From Entomortierella parvispora E1425 (Eukaryota > Fungi > Mortierellomycota): DNA of 64,000 bases. Under the pieces are notes generated by a model, which saw only the letters and a program-made list of their open reading frames with translations, did not search any database and was not told the DNA's origin. Location of the stretch: the NCBI GenBank assembly GCA_020891255.1, contig BQFW01000012.1:868001-932000 (forward strand), given 5' to 3'. The translations under genes and the position numbers were made by a program. The first letter of the stretch is position 1; every line of letters begins with the position of its first letter. Shown here piece by piece: positions 24,421-35,944 of the stretch.

Positions 24421-26659
24421 ATGCAGAGCACGTCCGACGAGAAGAACATCCACCTTGCCGAGGGCCACCATCCTCTCGGCCGGTCAGCATCTTTCAAAGC
24501 TGATGACTATGTCCACCCTGACCGCCCCATCAGCTTTCAGGAGGACAAGCGCACCGACGACGGCCACTCAGAGATTAAGGCTGGCGATGAAGAAGAGTTT
24601 GAGTTCCCTCCCGAGGAGCACCAGTTCACTTGGTAATTTTTTGTCTTCCTGCCAATGGATTGCGGTGATCTGTTGTCTTTTTTCTTTCTTTTCCTTCCCT
24701 ATTCACCCAAGGTAGCCCGATTACAATCTGTTTCTTAACCATCGTCGATCCTTTCTCCTTCACAGGCGTGCAGCTATTGTCGGCTCCCTCTTGGGATGTG
24801 TTGTCGCCGCCAGTAACTTGTATGTTGGACTCAAGATCGGTTGGACCTTCGGAGCCTCTCTCTGGGGTGCCATCTTTGGCTTCATTATTCTCAAACCCAT
24901 CGCAAGATTGATGGGTAACTCATTCGGTCCTCGCGAGAACGCTACTTGCCAGGCCGCTGCCACCACCGCTGGAGGTCTTTCCACTGGATTCGTCACCGCT
25001 ATTCCCGCTATGTACCGCATGGGCCTCATGGGTGTGGGTCGTATGCCTAAGGATGATGCCTTGACCCTTGTCCTCTGGACTACTTCTGCTGCCTTCTTCG
25101 GTATGTTCTTTGCTGTGCCCTTGAGGACACACTTTGTCATCAACCAGGACTTGGTCTTCCCCACCCCTCGTGCTGCCGCAGAGACCATCCGTAACTTGCA
25201 CAAAACTGGATCCAAGGCTGCCACGGATGCCAAGAAGACTGCGACGATTATGATGATCGCGTTCTTTGTCGCCATGGCCTTTGTCCTCGTTGGAAACTTT
25301 ATCCCTGGTATCTTTGACACCATCCATATTCTTTACTGGATCGGACACGCTGCCAATTACTTGCCCATGCAACACGCTGATCAGATCTGGGGTTGGGCTT
25401 GGAGCTTTGATTTCTCCTTCTTTGGTGCCGGTATGATGACCCCCGCGTCGACTGTTTGGTCTTTCATGTTGGGCGAGTTTATTGCCTATGGTCTTGCTGG
25501 TCCTCTCATGGTCGGCAGCGGTTACTTGCTTGGTCCCCGTCGTTTTGACCTTGGTGGAAACGGCTCTGCTCAGTCTTGGTTCCTCTGGCCTGGTATTGCC
25601 CTCATGGTCTTCACTGCCTTTGGTGAGCTTGGTGTGAACGGAAAGTCGCTCTGGCACGGAGTCACCAGTGGTGTTCGTGAGGGCCGCAACTTGATTCGCA
25701 GAATCACAAAGCGCAAACAGTTGGTCGACAATTCTGAGTATGTCAGCAAGGACCCTGTCCCCGCTCATGAGCAGGTCCCTACCCTCTGGTGGGCTTCTGG
25801 ATTGCTCATCTCGGCCGTTTTCACGATCGTGTTGATGGCTGTCGATTTCAAGGTTCCCGTCTACTCGACCATCATCGCTATTATCTTGTCCTTCATCCTC
25901 GCCTTTGTTGGTCTTCAAGCCTCCGGTGAGACTGATATCAACCCTACTGGTTCTATCGGAAAGGTCACTCAGCTGGTCTTCTCTCGCTTCCCCGGCGAGC
26001 TCCAGGTTGTTCAGAAGACCAACTTGATGTGCGCCAATATTTCTGCCTCCATCTGTGCTCAGGCTGTTGACATGGTCGGTGATCTCAAGACTGGTCATCT
26101 CCTCGGTGCCTCTCCTCGCTCCCAGTTCTTGGCTCAGTGTGTCGGTTCGGTCTTTGCCATTGCTGCTGCCGTCCCCCTTTTCATCCTGTACACTGAGGCC
26201 TACCACTGCATTGTCGACCCCACCATCAAGAAGTGCGAGTTCGGTCTCGTCTCTGTTGTGACTTGGCAGTCCGTGTGCGAGGTCTTGACCACTGGAGGAT
26301 CTGTCCCTAAGGGCTCGGTTATCACTGCCATTGTCTTGGCTATCCTCGCCATTGCCAACATCTTGTTCCGTATCAAGTTTGTTCCCGCAAAGTACCGCCC
26401 TTACTGGATCAACTTGAACGCTGTCGGTCTCGGTATGATCAACCCTTCGCCTGCCCTTGCCTTGGCCATGTTGACCGGCTGGGCTGGTGGTCAGATTTGG
26501 ATGAAGATTAACCGCGCTGCGCACGAGAAGTACATGTACTCTGTTGCCGGTGGTTTCATTTCCGGTGTTGGTGTTGCCGGTATCATCAAGGCTATTATGG
26601 TTCTCGGTGGTGTCAAGGGCGGCAGTGTGCTCTGGGCTTGTACTGACGATATCTGTTAA
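24421..26659 (+). CDS. OPT-superfamily transporter (YSL-like clade); exons 24421-24632 and 24766-26659
   Basis: Spliced FTWRAAIVGSLLGCVVAASNLYVGLKIGW, RENATCQAAAT, LVFPTPRAAA and DMVGDLKTGHLLGASPRSQF match OPT/YSL signatures. Many TM helices. Confidence 0.93.
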
Positions 26660-26880
26660 GCGCGATTATTTCAGCTTGGATCATACCAACCCTCTCATCC
26701 TTGTACTATATAAACAATACACTTAATAAATATTATCTTGCAGCTATAATATATTTTCTCTCTTGAACGCGTCGCGTCGCAAATCAGAGATCAATGGTCG
26801 GCAAGCAGCCCATGCAGTTTATTAGATTAAAAATGGTATATTGAGAGAAACACAACTCCGTCTTTTTCGTTATGCTCGTT

Positions 26881-28642
26881 TTAGACATTTTTCTTGCGAC
26901 GGATAAAGAGAGAAGCCAAGAGACCAAACCCCACGATGGGAGTAAAGATGGTGAACAAGAACCGAAAGGATTCCGCATAGGCCTCCAAGACCGAGTCCTT
27001 GACGGCGTCGGGCAAGGTCGCGACTGCGGTCATGTTTTCGATAGCATCGGCCTCTCTCACCATCGCCTGTAGGGCTTCAGGTAGTTTGGCCAAGTTATCC
27101 AACAGTCGGTTGTTGATGACAGCGGCGCAGACGGCGACACCGACCGAGGATCCGATTGCGTTGATGAATCCGCAAAGGGACGTGGCCACGGCGAGATCCT
27201 TCTTGTCAGCCAATTCCTGGCAGGCAAAGAGACAATTCTGGAAAACGAGACCCTGGCCGAATCCCATAATCAGCACGAACCCGACCTGCTCCCCAACAGG
27301 GGTGTGGACACCAAAGAGGATTAAGAGACCGACGCCGGTGCAAAAGATGCAGAGACCAGTCCAGATGAAGAGTCGAACATCTGAAAACCGTTTCATCAGG
27401 AACGAGGCCAGAGTGGTGCTGATCACAAGACCAATGACATTAGGCATCAGTCGGATGCCCGAAATGGTGGTCGAGACTCCCTGAACAACCTGGAAGTAGA
27501 GGGGGATGTAATAGGTGCAGCCCATGAAGACAAATCCGATCAGAGCAGAGACGAGCAAGACTATGGCAACATCTCGATTCTTGAATAGAGCAGGGGGGAT
27601 CACTGGCTCTTCAGCCCGGCCTTCGACCCACATCAGGGCGGAGATCAAGACGATAAAGACGCAGAACAAGGAAATGATACGGGCCGAGTTCCAAGGGTAA
27701 GTGGTACCGCCCCAGGTCAAGGCCAACAAAAGACAAATGACAGAGGCGACTGCCAGCATGACACCGAGATAGTCGATCCTAGCCAGCTTTTCAGAAATCT
27801 TTGACCGTTCACTCTCGAATGACAGGTTGAAAAGCCAAGTGATGAGGACGAATGAAAGGGTAACCAAAGGCAAGTTGATGTAAAAACACCAACGCCAGGT
27901 GGCATGCTCTACAAAGATGCCTCCTAGCAAGGGTCCAATGACACTGGAGATAGCAAAGGCGAGCCAGACCACGCTCTGGTAGCGGGCCCTCTCCTCGACT
28001 TTTGTAAACATGTCCGCGATGATGATCATGACCAACGAGAACAAGCCGGATCCACCAAGACCCTGGACGGCGCGGAACAGGATTAGCATGGTCATGGACG
28101 ACGCTGCGCCACAACCGATAGAGCCAACCAAAAAGATCACACAGGCGAGCTGATACATGATCTTGCGTCCAAAAATGTCCGAGACCCGACCGTAAACGGG
28201 CTGGAGGGCTGTGTAGGCCAACATGTAGGCCGTGGCGATCCAACTCATCTCGGTTTGGGCATTAAAGTCGGCAGCAATGCGGGGCAAGGCGGTGGCAATG
28301 ATACTAATATCCAAACTGGCCAGAAAGGAGCCCAAGAAGAGACTGTGGGGAGTTTGAGAGTGAGAGAGATGGGGCCATGATAGGTTAGCGATTGAGCGTT
28401 TGAACAGTTACGGCCTTGAAAAGAGTTATGGACTTTGAAAATTGAGTGAGATCATACCCAAAGAAGAGTAACACCAAGCGAGGCTTGCTCATCGGTGGTC
28501 GGGATAGAGAATCATCATCCGATAACGAGGAAGGAGTTGGCAGCTCCAGATCCCTGTCGTCCTTCTCTCCAGAGAAGGTGTCGACAGGATGATCAGAAAG
28601 TGTCCCAGGGGGAGAGTGTATTGATTCTGCAGTGGCTGCCAT
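26881..28642 (-). CDS. MFS drug:H+ antiporter-like transporter (DHA2, 14 TM); exons 28642-28458 and 28342-26881
   Basis: FLASLDISIIATALPRI, YGRVSDIFGRK (motif A), FRAVQGLGGSG and WRWCFYINLP. One GT-AG intron. Confidence 0.93.
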
Positions 28643-29098
28643 ATTGTATAGGTATTTGGTAGATGCAGGGTGAAGTAGAGAGATAGTGAAGTGTGATGGG
28701 GGTTTTGGTAGACCAAGGATGGAGGTACCTTTTATACTTTCTACGACTACAACCCTGGAAAGAAAGCGGGGGCCGCGTTACCTGCGGGTGCCGTAGCTGT
28801 GCCTCAGGTATCGGTGCCGCAGAGCCTCCGTTCATAGCCCGATTGCTAAAAACTCCAATCGCTCCACTCGTGGTTGATTGAAGTCGAATGGACTTTCCAC
28901 AGTGCACGTGATTTGAAAATATGTACAGTAGTCACGTGCTTCGTAATTTTTCCCACGTTCGCGAGCGACAAAAGGTCTTGCATGCAATCATCCTTGGTTC
29001 TTCATTCTTCACTTTCACATCTACATCCTCTCCGGTAAGCACTCCGTCGACTCTCGCCTTCTTCGTCAACGCCGCCCCTTTTTACCTTCTGACCAATC

Positions 29099-29714
29099 AT
29101 GACCGCATTCTCCATCCTGCCTTGCCTAACTCGACGTTCTGTCCTAACATCCTCGCGTCATTCTGTCTCATCAATCACCCGACCTTTTGCTCCACCCATT
29201 GTGCCTGGTGTCCACCCTGCACGCCTCCGACCCTGCTTGCGCTTCTATACCATGGACACGGCTCATTCTAACAACTCAACAATCAACTCAAAAAGACAAC
29301 ACAAAATGGTTCAAAAGTTGACTGACGCCGAACGCACCCAGGCCCTGACCGATCTTAAGGATTGGTCTCTGGTCGAGAACCGTGATGCCATCAAGCGCAC
29401 CCTCACCTTCAAGGACTTCAATGAGGCATTTGGATTCATGTCCCGTGTTGCTCTTTACGCTGACAAGGCTGACCACCACCCCGAGTGGTTCAACGTAAGA
29501 ATGAGAATGGAGCTGGGAAGATTCTTGATATATAATTTTTCTTTTTTTTGTATCCGTCCAAAGTGAAGCCGTGGACTAAATACAACTCTTGGAATCTTCT
29601 ACACCTTAGGTCTACAACCGCGTCGAGATCACATTGGCTACCCACGACGTTCAGGGATTGTCCGAACGCGATGTCAAGCTCGCCCAGTTTATCAACGCCA
29701 TCTACAAGCATTAA
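29099..29714 (+). CDS. PCBD: Pterin-4-alpha-carbinolamine dehydratase; exons 29099 (or 29306)-29494 and 29610-29714
   Basis: [50 protein letters not shown] with the catalytic HHPEW and H of THD. GTAAGA..CTTAG intron. Confidence 0.93.
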
Positions 29715-30114
29715 AATGTCTTTTCTGTTTCAGTTTTATTTGCTCGCGGAGAGCGGTTGGTGCACTAAAGAATGGGAAGCGGAGAAAAATGAAGTGAACT
29801 AGGTCTGTTACTACGGAACTCACCGGTGTGGCGCGACACGACGCTATACTATTCAAACACAAGGTAAAGGAGGTCAATGGCCATGACTACCCAGATCAAA
29901 GAAATGAAATCAAGATTTTACTTCTCTACATGCAATAATAGATGGAAAGACTTCTTATACTATGAAATGGAGTATGGACATGCTAAATGAATGGATAATA
30001 TGATACAATGGGGAGTGTGGGGGTGGAGGATGGACTATGTAATGCAACGGAAATGCGTCTGCGTTTCTTTCTTCCTTCTCTTCCTTCCTTCTCTTTCTCT
30101 ATTTCTCCTTCGAT

Positions 30115-31727
30115 TTAAGCCCAAAGAGCAATAACAGCCATCGAAAGGGCTCCCATCCAGACAGCAACAAGATAAGAAGCCTTGCTTGCACGGGTCTCGG
30201 TCCTGAAGCGCTCAGAGTAAAGGATATCACCTCCCAAAAGCGTAACAAAGGCAGTGTAGAGCAAGACACCGCAGGCAATCGAGTCTGTGACACCCATGAT
30301 GATCAAATTTTCAACCGAGTTGGCCTTGTAGCTCGAGCGCATGCCCATGCCAATGCCCACACCCAAGGGAGTCACCAAGGCAAAGATGGCGACCAAAAGA
30401 ACGGGCAACCACTTGCGGCGGGGGAAGGACAGATCAGCAATTCGGGATCCCAAAGCGACTCCCTCAAAGAACTGATGGAAGCAGATCGCGATGGTCATGG
30501 CCACAAATTCAGAGCCAGCCAAAGTACCAAGGGCAATGCCAATAAAGACGGAATGCAAGGCAATACCAACCTCGAGCATATAGGTCGAAACCTTGGTGGA
30601 CACACCTGGACCGCACTGCAACAATGTCAAACCATGGGCGTGACTGCAGCCATCGTTTTCATGACCAGAACCCTGACGGGATCCAAGACCGGAGGAAGCG
30701 GGCGACTCATGATGTCCATGCTTGTGGTCATGGTCATGGTCCCAAGCATCGTGAGCACCATGGGAAGCAGCGGTGGCAGAGGCATCGACAACAGCAGCAT
30801 CACTGGCTTTCTTCTTGGACATAGCCTCAACATTCAGGACCACAGTGGAGGCCAAGAACTCAATGACGAGCATGGTCAACCCAGAGACCATCATGATCAA
30901 GGGTGCATAACCAGGATAGTCATCCGTCCAAGCCTTGGAAAGACAAGGGTGGGTCAACGAAAACAGAGCCTCGGGCATGATATGGATAAAGGCCACAGAC
31001 AAAACGACACCAGCTCCAAAGTATTTTCCGAGTTGAACCGCAAATCTTGTGCGGCTGTTGTCACGGATCATCATGGGCAAGGCACAGCCGAAAGCGGCGA
31101 CAACAGTGAGCACCAGCAAGGCCACAATGTGGTGCCAGATAACATACTCGCCATGGTCGTGGCTGTGAGCCTCGCAGGTTCTGGAAGGACAAAAGAAAAG
31201 AAATCAGATAATGCCTTCAAGAGAAAAAGGTCATATTTTAAACCCAATTGCTAGAAACTGTACCTGGCGGGTCCATGAGAGTGTCCAGCCTCAGAATGAT
31301 CATGGTCGTGGTCATGGTCGGCATGGTCATGATCTTCCTCAACCTTTCCTTCTTCATGGGTGTGGTCATGGTCATGGTCATGATCGGCATGGTCGTGATC
31401 CTCCTCAGCTGCTCCTTCCTCATGAGTATGGTCATGATCATGGTCATGGTCGTGGTCAGGAGTTGTTGGAGATGAAGTAGGGCTGGCAATTGGTGCAACT
31501 ACGGTAGTTGTGGTAGGATGTTCATGGTCGTGGTCGTGGTCATCGTGGTCATGGTCTTCGCCAGCCCTCTTTTGAATAGAGAGATAATCAGTGTTGATCT
31601 TTGAAGCTGAGGCCAACTGAGGATTGAGGGTGTTTGCAGGGGTTGAGGCAGAAACAGATGAGAAGGACGAGGAGAGAGCAACAAGGGTCGCCACAGAGGC
31701 AAGGGTACAGGTCAACGATAACCTCAT
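30115..31727 (-). CDS. ZIP-family zinc transporter A with signal peptide and His/Asp-rich N-terminal ectodomain; exons 31727-31264 and 31180-30115
   Basis: TM motifs FGAGVVLSVAFIHI, EVGIALHSVFIG and FHQFFEGVALG. Phase-2 GT-AG intron fuses the His-rich ORF to the ZIP ORF in frame (PAR-TCEAHSHDH). Confidence 0.92.
31299..31430 (-). repeat. Two 66-nt coding repeats encoding HTHEEGxxEEDHDHADHDHDHD
   Basis: Units 31430-31365 and 31364-31299 within a larger (DH)n array spanning about 31270-31560. Confidence 0.9.
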
Positions 31728-31789
31728 GATGGTATACTGGGGATGAGTAAGGGAAAGGGGGAGACGTGAGAGCGATGAGTTGATTACCG

Positions 31790-31959
31790 GGGAACTGCCA
31801 ACCCCTGGGTATTTAAGCTAGTTGGCCGTTGCGATAGCGAGACAACGTGCGCGAGTGCGGGGTCGCTGATAACCACCAGGGTACTCGATAGATCATCAAA
31901 GATCGTCCGCCATGGTGGCAATGACCTCTAGTTGGGTGGCCATGGGTGTACCCTACCGG
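31790..31959. promoter_or_regulatory. Candidate zinc-response and shared motifs upstream of ZIP A
   Basis: GGGAACTGCCAACC at 31790-31803, ACCACCAGGGTACTC at 31872-31886 and GTGTACCCTACCGG at 31946-31959. Related motifs recur upstream of ZIP B. Confidence 0.55.
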
Positions 31960-33365
31960 CCACCATAGGTCTACCAATGTCTCTGTCTCAAATCCGTGTC
32001 AGAGCTGTTTCGCTGAGAAGCAAGGACTTTGGTCAAGGGCTAGGAATCCACCCGACTCACTCTCTCTGGGCTCGAATTTCGGAGAGGCGCCCATCGAAGG
32101 TCAGGAAGCATCCGCCAAGTGGAAGGGCAGCATTGCGCCGCGTGATGGCGTGCCGGGGTGCTTTACCACCAACTGCAACTTGTTTAAAGCTTGCCTGAAT
32201 CCTAGATTGATTGCCCAAAGAAGAACGCGCGCGGTTTGTTCTGCAACGTCGCATATTGTCCGGAAGGAGGTGTGATGTGTTTATTCTCCTTGATCTTTGG
32301 ATTGTCCAATGGTTCTCCTTGAAGTTCATTGCTGCACCGAGGGAAAGACGCTGCTCCCCAAGGGGGCAGTCGTTCATTTTGAGCGAGGGGTGTGGTTTTT
32401 CACAGTCAAAGACGTGCTGGTCACACAGTCGTTTCCTGCCCTCTCCCCCTCTCCTCTCTCACAACTGGGCGAATGCAGCGACTCCAAAGAGACTCGCTCG
32501 CTTTGGAACCTTTTGGAGAGATGCACGGGGGGAGATGTCCGGTCTGCCCGGCCTTTCCGGTTTGTGTGTCTGTGTGTCTGTGTGTCTGTCCGCCCCAACT
32601 TTGTGAAGCTCCAAAGGATCATGCCGAGGGTGAAGGCGACTTTGAGTCTTTGGAGTAGACAAAGAGGCAAAAACAAAACAGGACACTAGCGACAGTCAAG
32701 GGGAGGATCTGGTCTGTGGTCTGGAGAAGGAGACATGCTGGCCCTCGGAAGAAAGAAGGTGCGGGTCTGCGTCGGCTCAAAAGAAAAAGTTCCCATCAGC
32801 ACCCTGCACTGCACGCACAACACATGTGACTGCTCCGCGCAGGTGCTTCCTCTTCTCTTTTCTCGCTCTCCACTCTGTTGCTCCATGCGTCGCTCCATCC
32901 CTTGCCCTCCATCACTGCACATGCACACAACAACAACATCACCACTGCTCACTCCATAGCACCCCGTCCTTCTATCCCGTCCTTCTCCTCCTTTCGTGCT
33001 GTTCTTCCCCTCTTCTTCCTCTTCTCATTTCCTTCTTTACTCCATTGCTTCCACATCTCTTCTTGCAACGACAGAAGAAGAAAAAAAAAAAAAAGGAAGC
33101 GTCAAGGTCAGTGACTCAATTGAACCTGTCATTTAAGCTCGTCGTTTCTTCCTTTGGACCCTGCATGCAATTCTTTCATTCATTACTGATGTCGAATTGC
33201 TCTTTCTTCTCTCTTTCCACTCTAGTTCCTTTCTTCTTCTTCTATAAAGACCTCAACGGATATCCATAGAGACTGACTCAAATCGACGCACCCCCCCCCC
33301 CCCTTGCACTCATACCCATCACGCACACACACACACACACAAACAAACAAACACGCATCGCCACC

Positions 33366-34061
33366 ATGTACGAAGACCCAGTGGCACAGAGCTTTGACTC
33401 GCACGGTCACTTTCCCTACCGTCATCACCATCCCAGCAGCAACATCAATCCTGCATCTCCGTCCTCCTCCTCCTCTCTGGGCCATTATCAAGGCCAGCAA
33501 GATGTCAACCAGCAGCCATCACAGGACCCTGAGGATCAAGCCCTCTCTCGCTTACACCAACACCAATTGCTGATCCAACTCCGTCTAGAAGTCAACGCGC
33601 TCAAGACTCAGATCTCGCAGCTCGAGTTGTTGAAGCAACAGTTGGTCCAGCAACAATCGATGATGCCCGAAGCCGAGTTCGCGCAAATGATGGATCAGTT
33701 CTCGAGGACCTCCGTGTCACTCTTGACGGTTGGTCAGCCCACAAGCCATTTCGGAGACCAGCATTCGATAGGAGGGGGAGGTGGCGGCGGCGGAGGGAGC
33801 TTAGGAGGTGGCATTGGAATGCCCATGATGGAACGGTTGCAGGAGAAGCTAAGGAGCATGACTATCCAACAGTCCAAACAACAGCAACTACAGTACCAAC
33901 AACAACAATTTAATCTTTTGGAGTTAGGATCTGATCCTGCTACTGCAACAGGGCCATCAGCGACCGTGAGAAGGGATCCCGTGCGAATGGAGCAACTTAG
34001 CATAGAAGAAGATTTGCGCGATTTGGAGCGACGAATGCGTTCAATACAATTGATTCGATAG
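33366..34061 (+). CDS. Hypothetical Gln/His/Gly-rich protein with coiled-coil segments (231 aa)
   Basis: Single ATG-initiated ORF with coding-like composition. Preceded by a probable 5' UTR intron (about 33106-33224) and CA/C microsatellites, followed by a T-rich 3' region. No family recognised. Confidence 0.7.
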   Translation: MYEDPVAQSFDSHGHFPYRHHHPSSNINPASPSSSSSLGHYQGQQDVNQQPSQDPEDQALSRLHQHQLLIQLRLEVNALKTQISQLELLKQQLVQQQSMMPEAEFAQMMDQFSRTSVSLLTVGQPTSHFGDQHSIGGGGGGGGGSLGGGIGMPMMERLQEKLRSMTIQQSKQQQLQYQQQQFNLLELGSDPATATGPSATVRRDPVRMEQLSIEEDLRDLERRMRSIQLIR

Positions 34062-34320
34062 TCGCTCTTTCCTTTCCTAATTGTATTTTTTCTTTTTTGG
34101 GGGTGTATTTGTTTATGATTAATAAGATATGACTATGGAGCTGCTAAGGTGGTCAAGTGTGTGGCAAGAGATGTTTACAAGATGCTGATAAGTATGTACA
34201 GTACAAGATGCTGATAACTATGTGTTGGATGAAGAAGGGTATATCGCCATCGACGGTCTATCTGCATCGCACCGTCCTTTTTTTGTTGGAGTTGATTGTG
34301 TGTTCGTTTTCTTGTTTTTT

Positions 34321-35684
34321 TTAAGCCCACTTGCCAATCACGGCCATGCAAGCGGATCCGAGCCACAAGGCAATGAACTGGTTCACCTGGTGCTTCTTGC
34401 TCGACTCTCTGAATGCTATGTTGGCATTCATTTCAGTGCACATGAGCTGAACCATAGCCGTGTACAACAGAATACCGGCTGAGCAAGAGTCAAAAACACC
34501 TTGGACGATCAAAGCAGTGACAGAGTCGCCGTTGTAGGTAGAACGGATACCAATTCCCAAAGCAATTCCGAGGGGGGTACTGCAGGCGAACCAGGCCGAG
34601 AGCAACCAGGGAGCCTTTGCGGAACTTTTGAACTTGAGGGAGGCAATACGTCCACCAAGGGCCACGCCCTCAAAGAACTGGTGGAAAAGCAAAGCAATCA
34701 GAAGCGAGATAAAGGCAGAACCGACGGTGGTGGCGAGGGAGATGCCGATGATGACAGAGTGGAGGGCGATACCAAACTCGAGGATGTAGGTTCCAATGAC
34801 ACGGGATCGCTTCTCCCTCTCCTCTTTCTCGAAGATGAGGGTGGCATCATCTTCGCCAGAGGGAGAGCTTTCGATACCAGCGCCAGGACCGTGGTTATGA
34901 TGGGGTGCCTGCTGGTTGTGCTTGTTGATCAACAGGATATCACCGCCATGGACATGACCATGGTGGACACAGGGGTCGACTTCTTGAGCCGAGGGCACGG
35001 GGGCGAAAGGCGCAACAGTAACGCCTTCGAGGCTGTCACTCTCCCCATCCTTCTGGCGATGCTTCTTCTCATCCACATCACTGTCAAGGTCATGCAAGCG
35101 ATCCATGGCATGCACCTTGCCCGACTGCTGTAAACCTTCAACGGCATCAAGGCCCTTGTTGGCAAGGCCAGATTCCTCGTTCTGTCGGTGGGGTGCAGTT
35201 CTTTGGAAGAATCTTTGGGTGGCGACAAACTCGAGCAAGTGGAGCATCAGGGCAGCCAACATGGCAATCAAACCAGCCCAGGCACTGTAACCTTGATCTT
35301 GGAAAATGGCGGGCAATGAAGGATCAGTGAGACTTTCAAAGGCCGAGGGCAACATGTGGATGAAGGCCGTAGCCAAAATGACGCCAGAACCGAAAATGCG
35401 AGTCGTTTGGATGACGCTATGGATCTTTGCAGTGGTCTTTGCATTGAAGCGAGTGAAAGTAAACAGGATGGGAAAAAGGACTTTTGAAGGAGTTGGACAA
35501 TACGAAACGAAGAGATATGAAAAATAGTGTTAGTGGCACGATAAAACTAAGGTACTTGTTTACTCCCACCTTCCAGTGACTTACCTCCTAAGGCACTTGC
35601 AGCCATGTTAGCAAAGAGTCCGCCAACGTGGAGCGGGACATCGTAGTCGGCAACAGCTGTGAGCAGGGTCGAGTTGTCAGACAT
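34321..35684 (-). CDS. ZIP-family zinc transporter B (Zrt1/2-like, short N-terminus); exons 35684-35585 and 35480-34321
   Basis: YDVPLHVGGLF, FGSGVILATAFIHM, EFGIALHSVIIG and FHQFFEGVALG. GTAAGT..AAG intron in frame. Confidence 0.92.
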
Positions 35685-35944
35685 GATAGAGGTAGTTTAC
35701 TGAGAAAAAACGATAGGAAGTAAAAGCTGGGGTAGGGGCGAGAAGATCGAAGCGAATGTGAAGAGGATCAGTTGAGTTGAAGATGGAATGAGGAAGATGA
35801 GGAGGTCGATCCAAAAGGGAAAGATGAGACAAGATGGAGTCCGAAGTGGCGGGAACAAGAAAGGAAAAGTGGAGGATGGACAGCAAGATAGCCAAATCGA
35901 TAAAGAAGAGACAAAAAAAAACTTTTGGAGGCACAGGGCTTGCT

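Noticed and set aside
24920-26524. 534-aa ORF antisense to the OPT gene
   Set aside because: Same codon-bias shadow effect, no recognisable motifs.
34176-34223. 22-nt direct repeat containing GATAA
   Set aside because: Lies between two convergent 3' ends, so it is unlikely to be a promoter GATA element. Likely slippage duplication.
34501-35133. Plus-strand ORFs overlapping ZIP B (and 30475-31254 overlapping ZIP A)
   Set aside because: Antisense shadows of the transporter genes.
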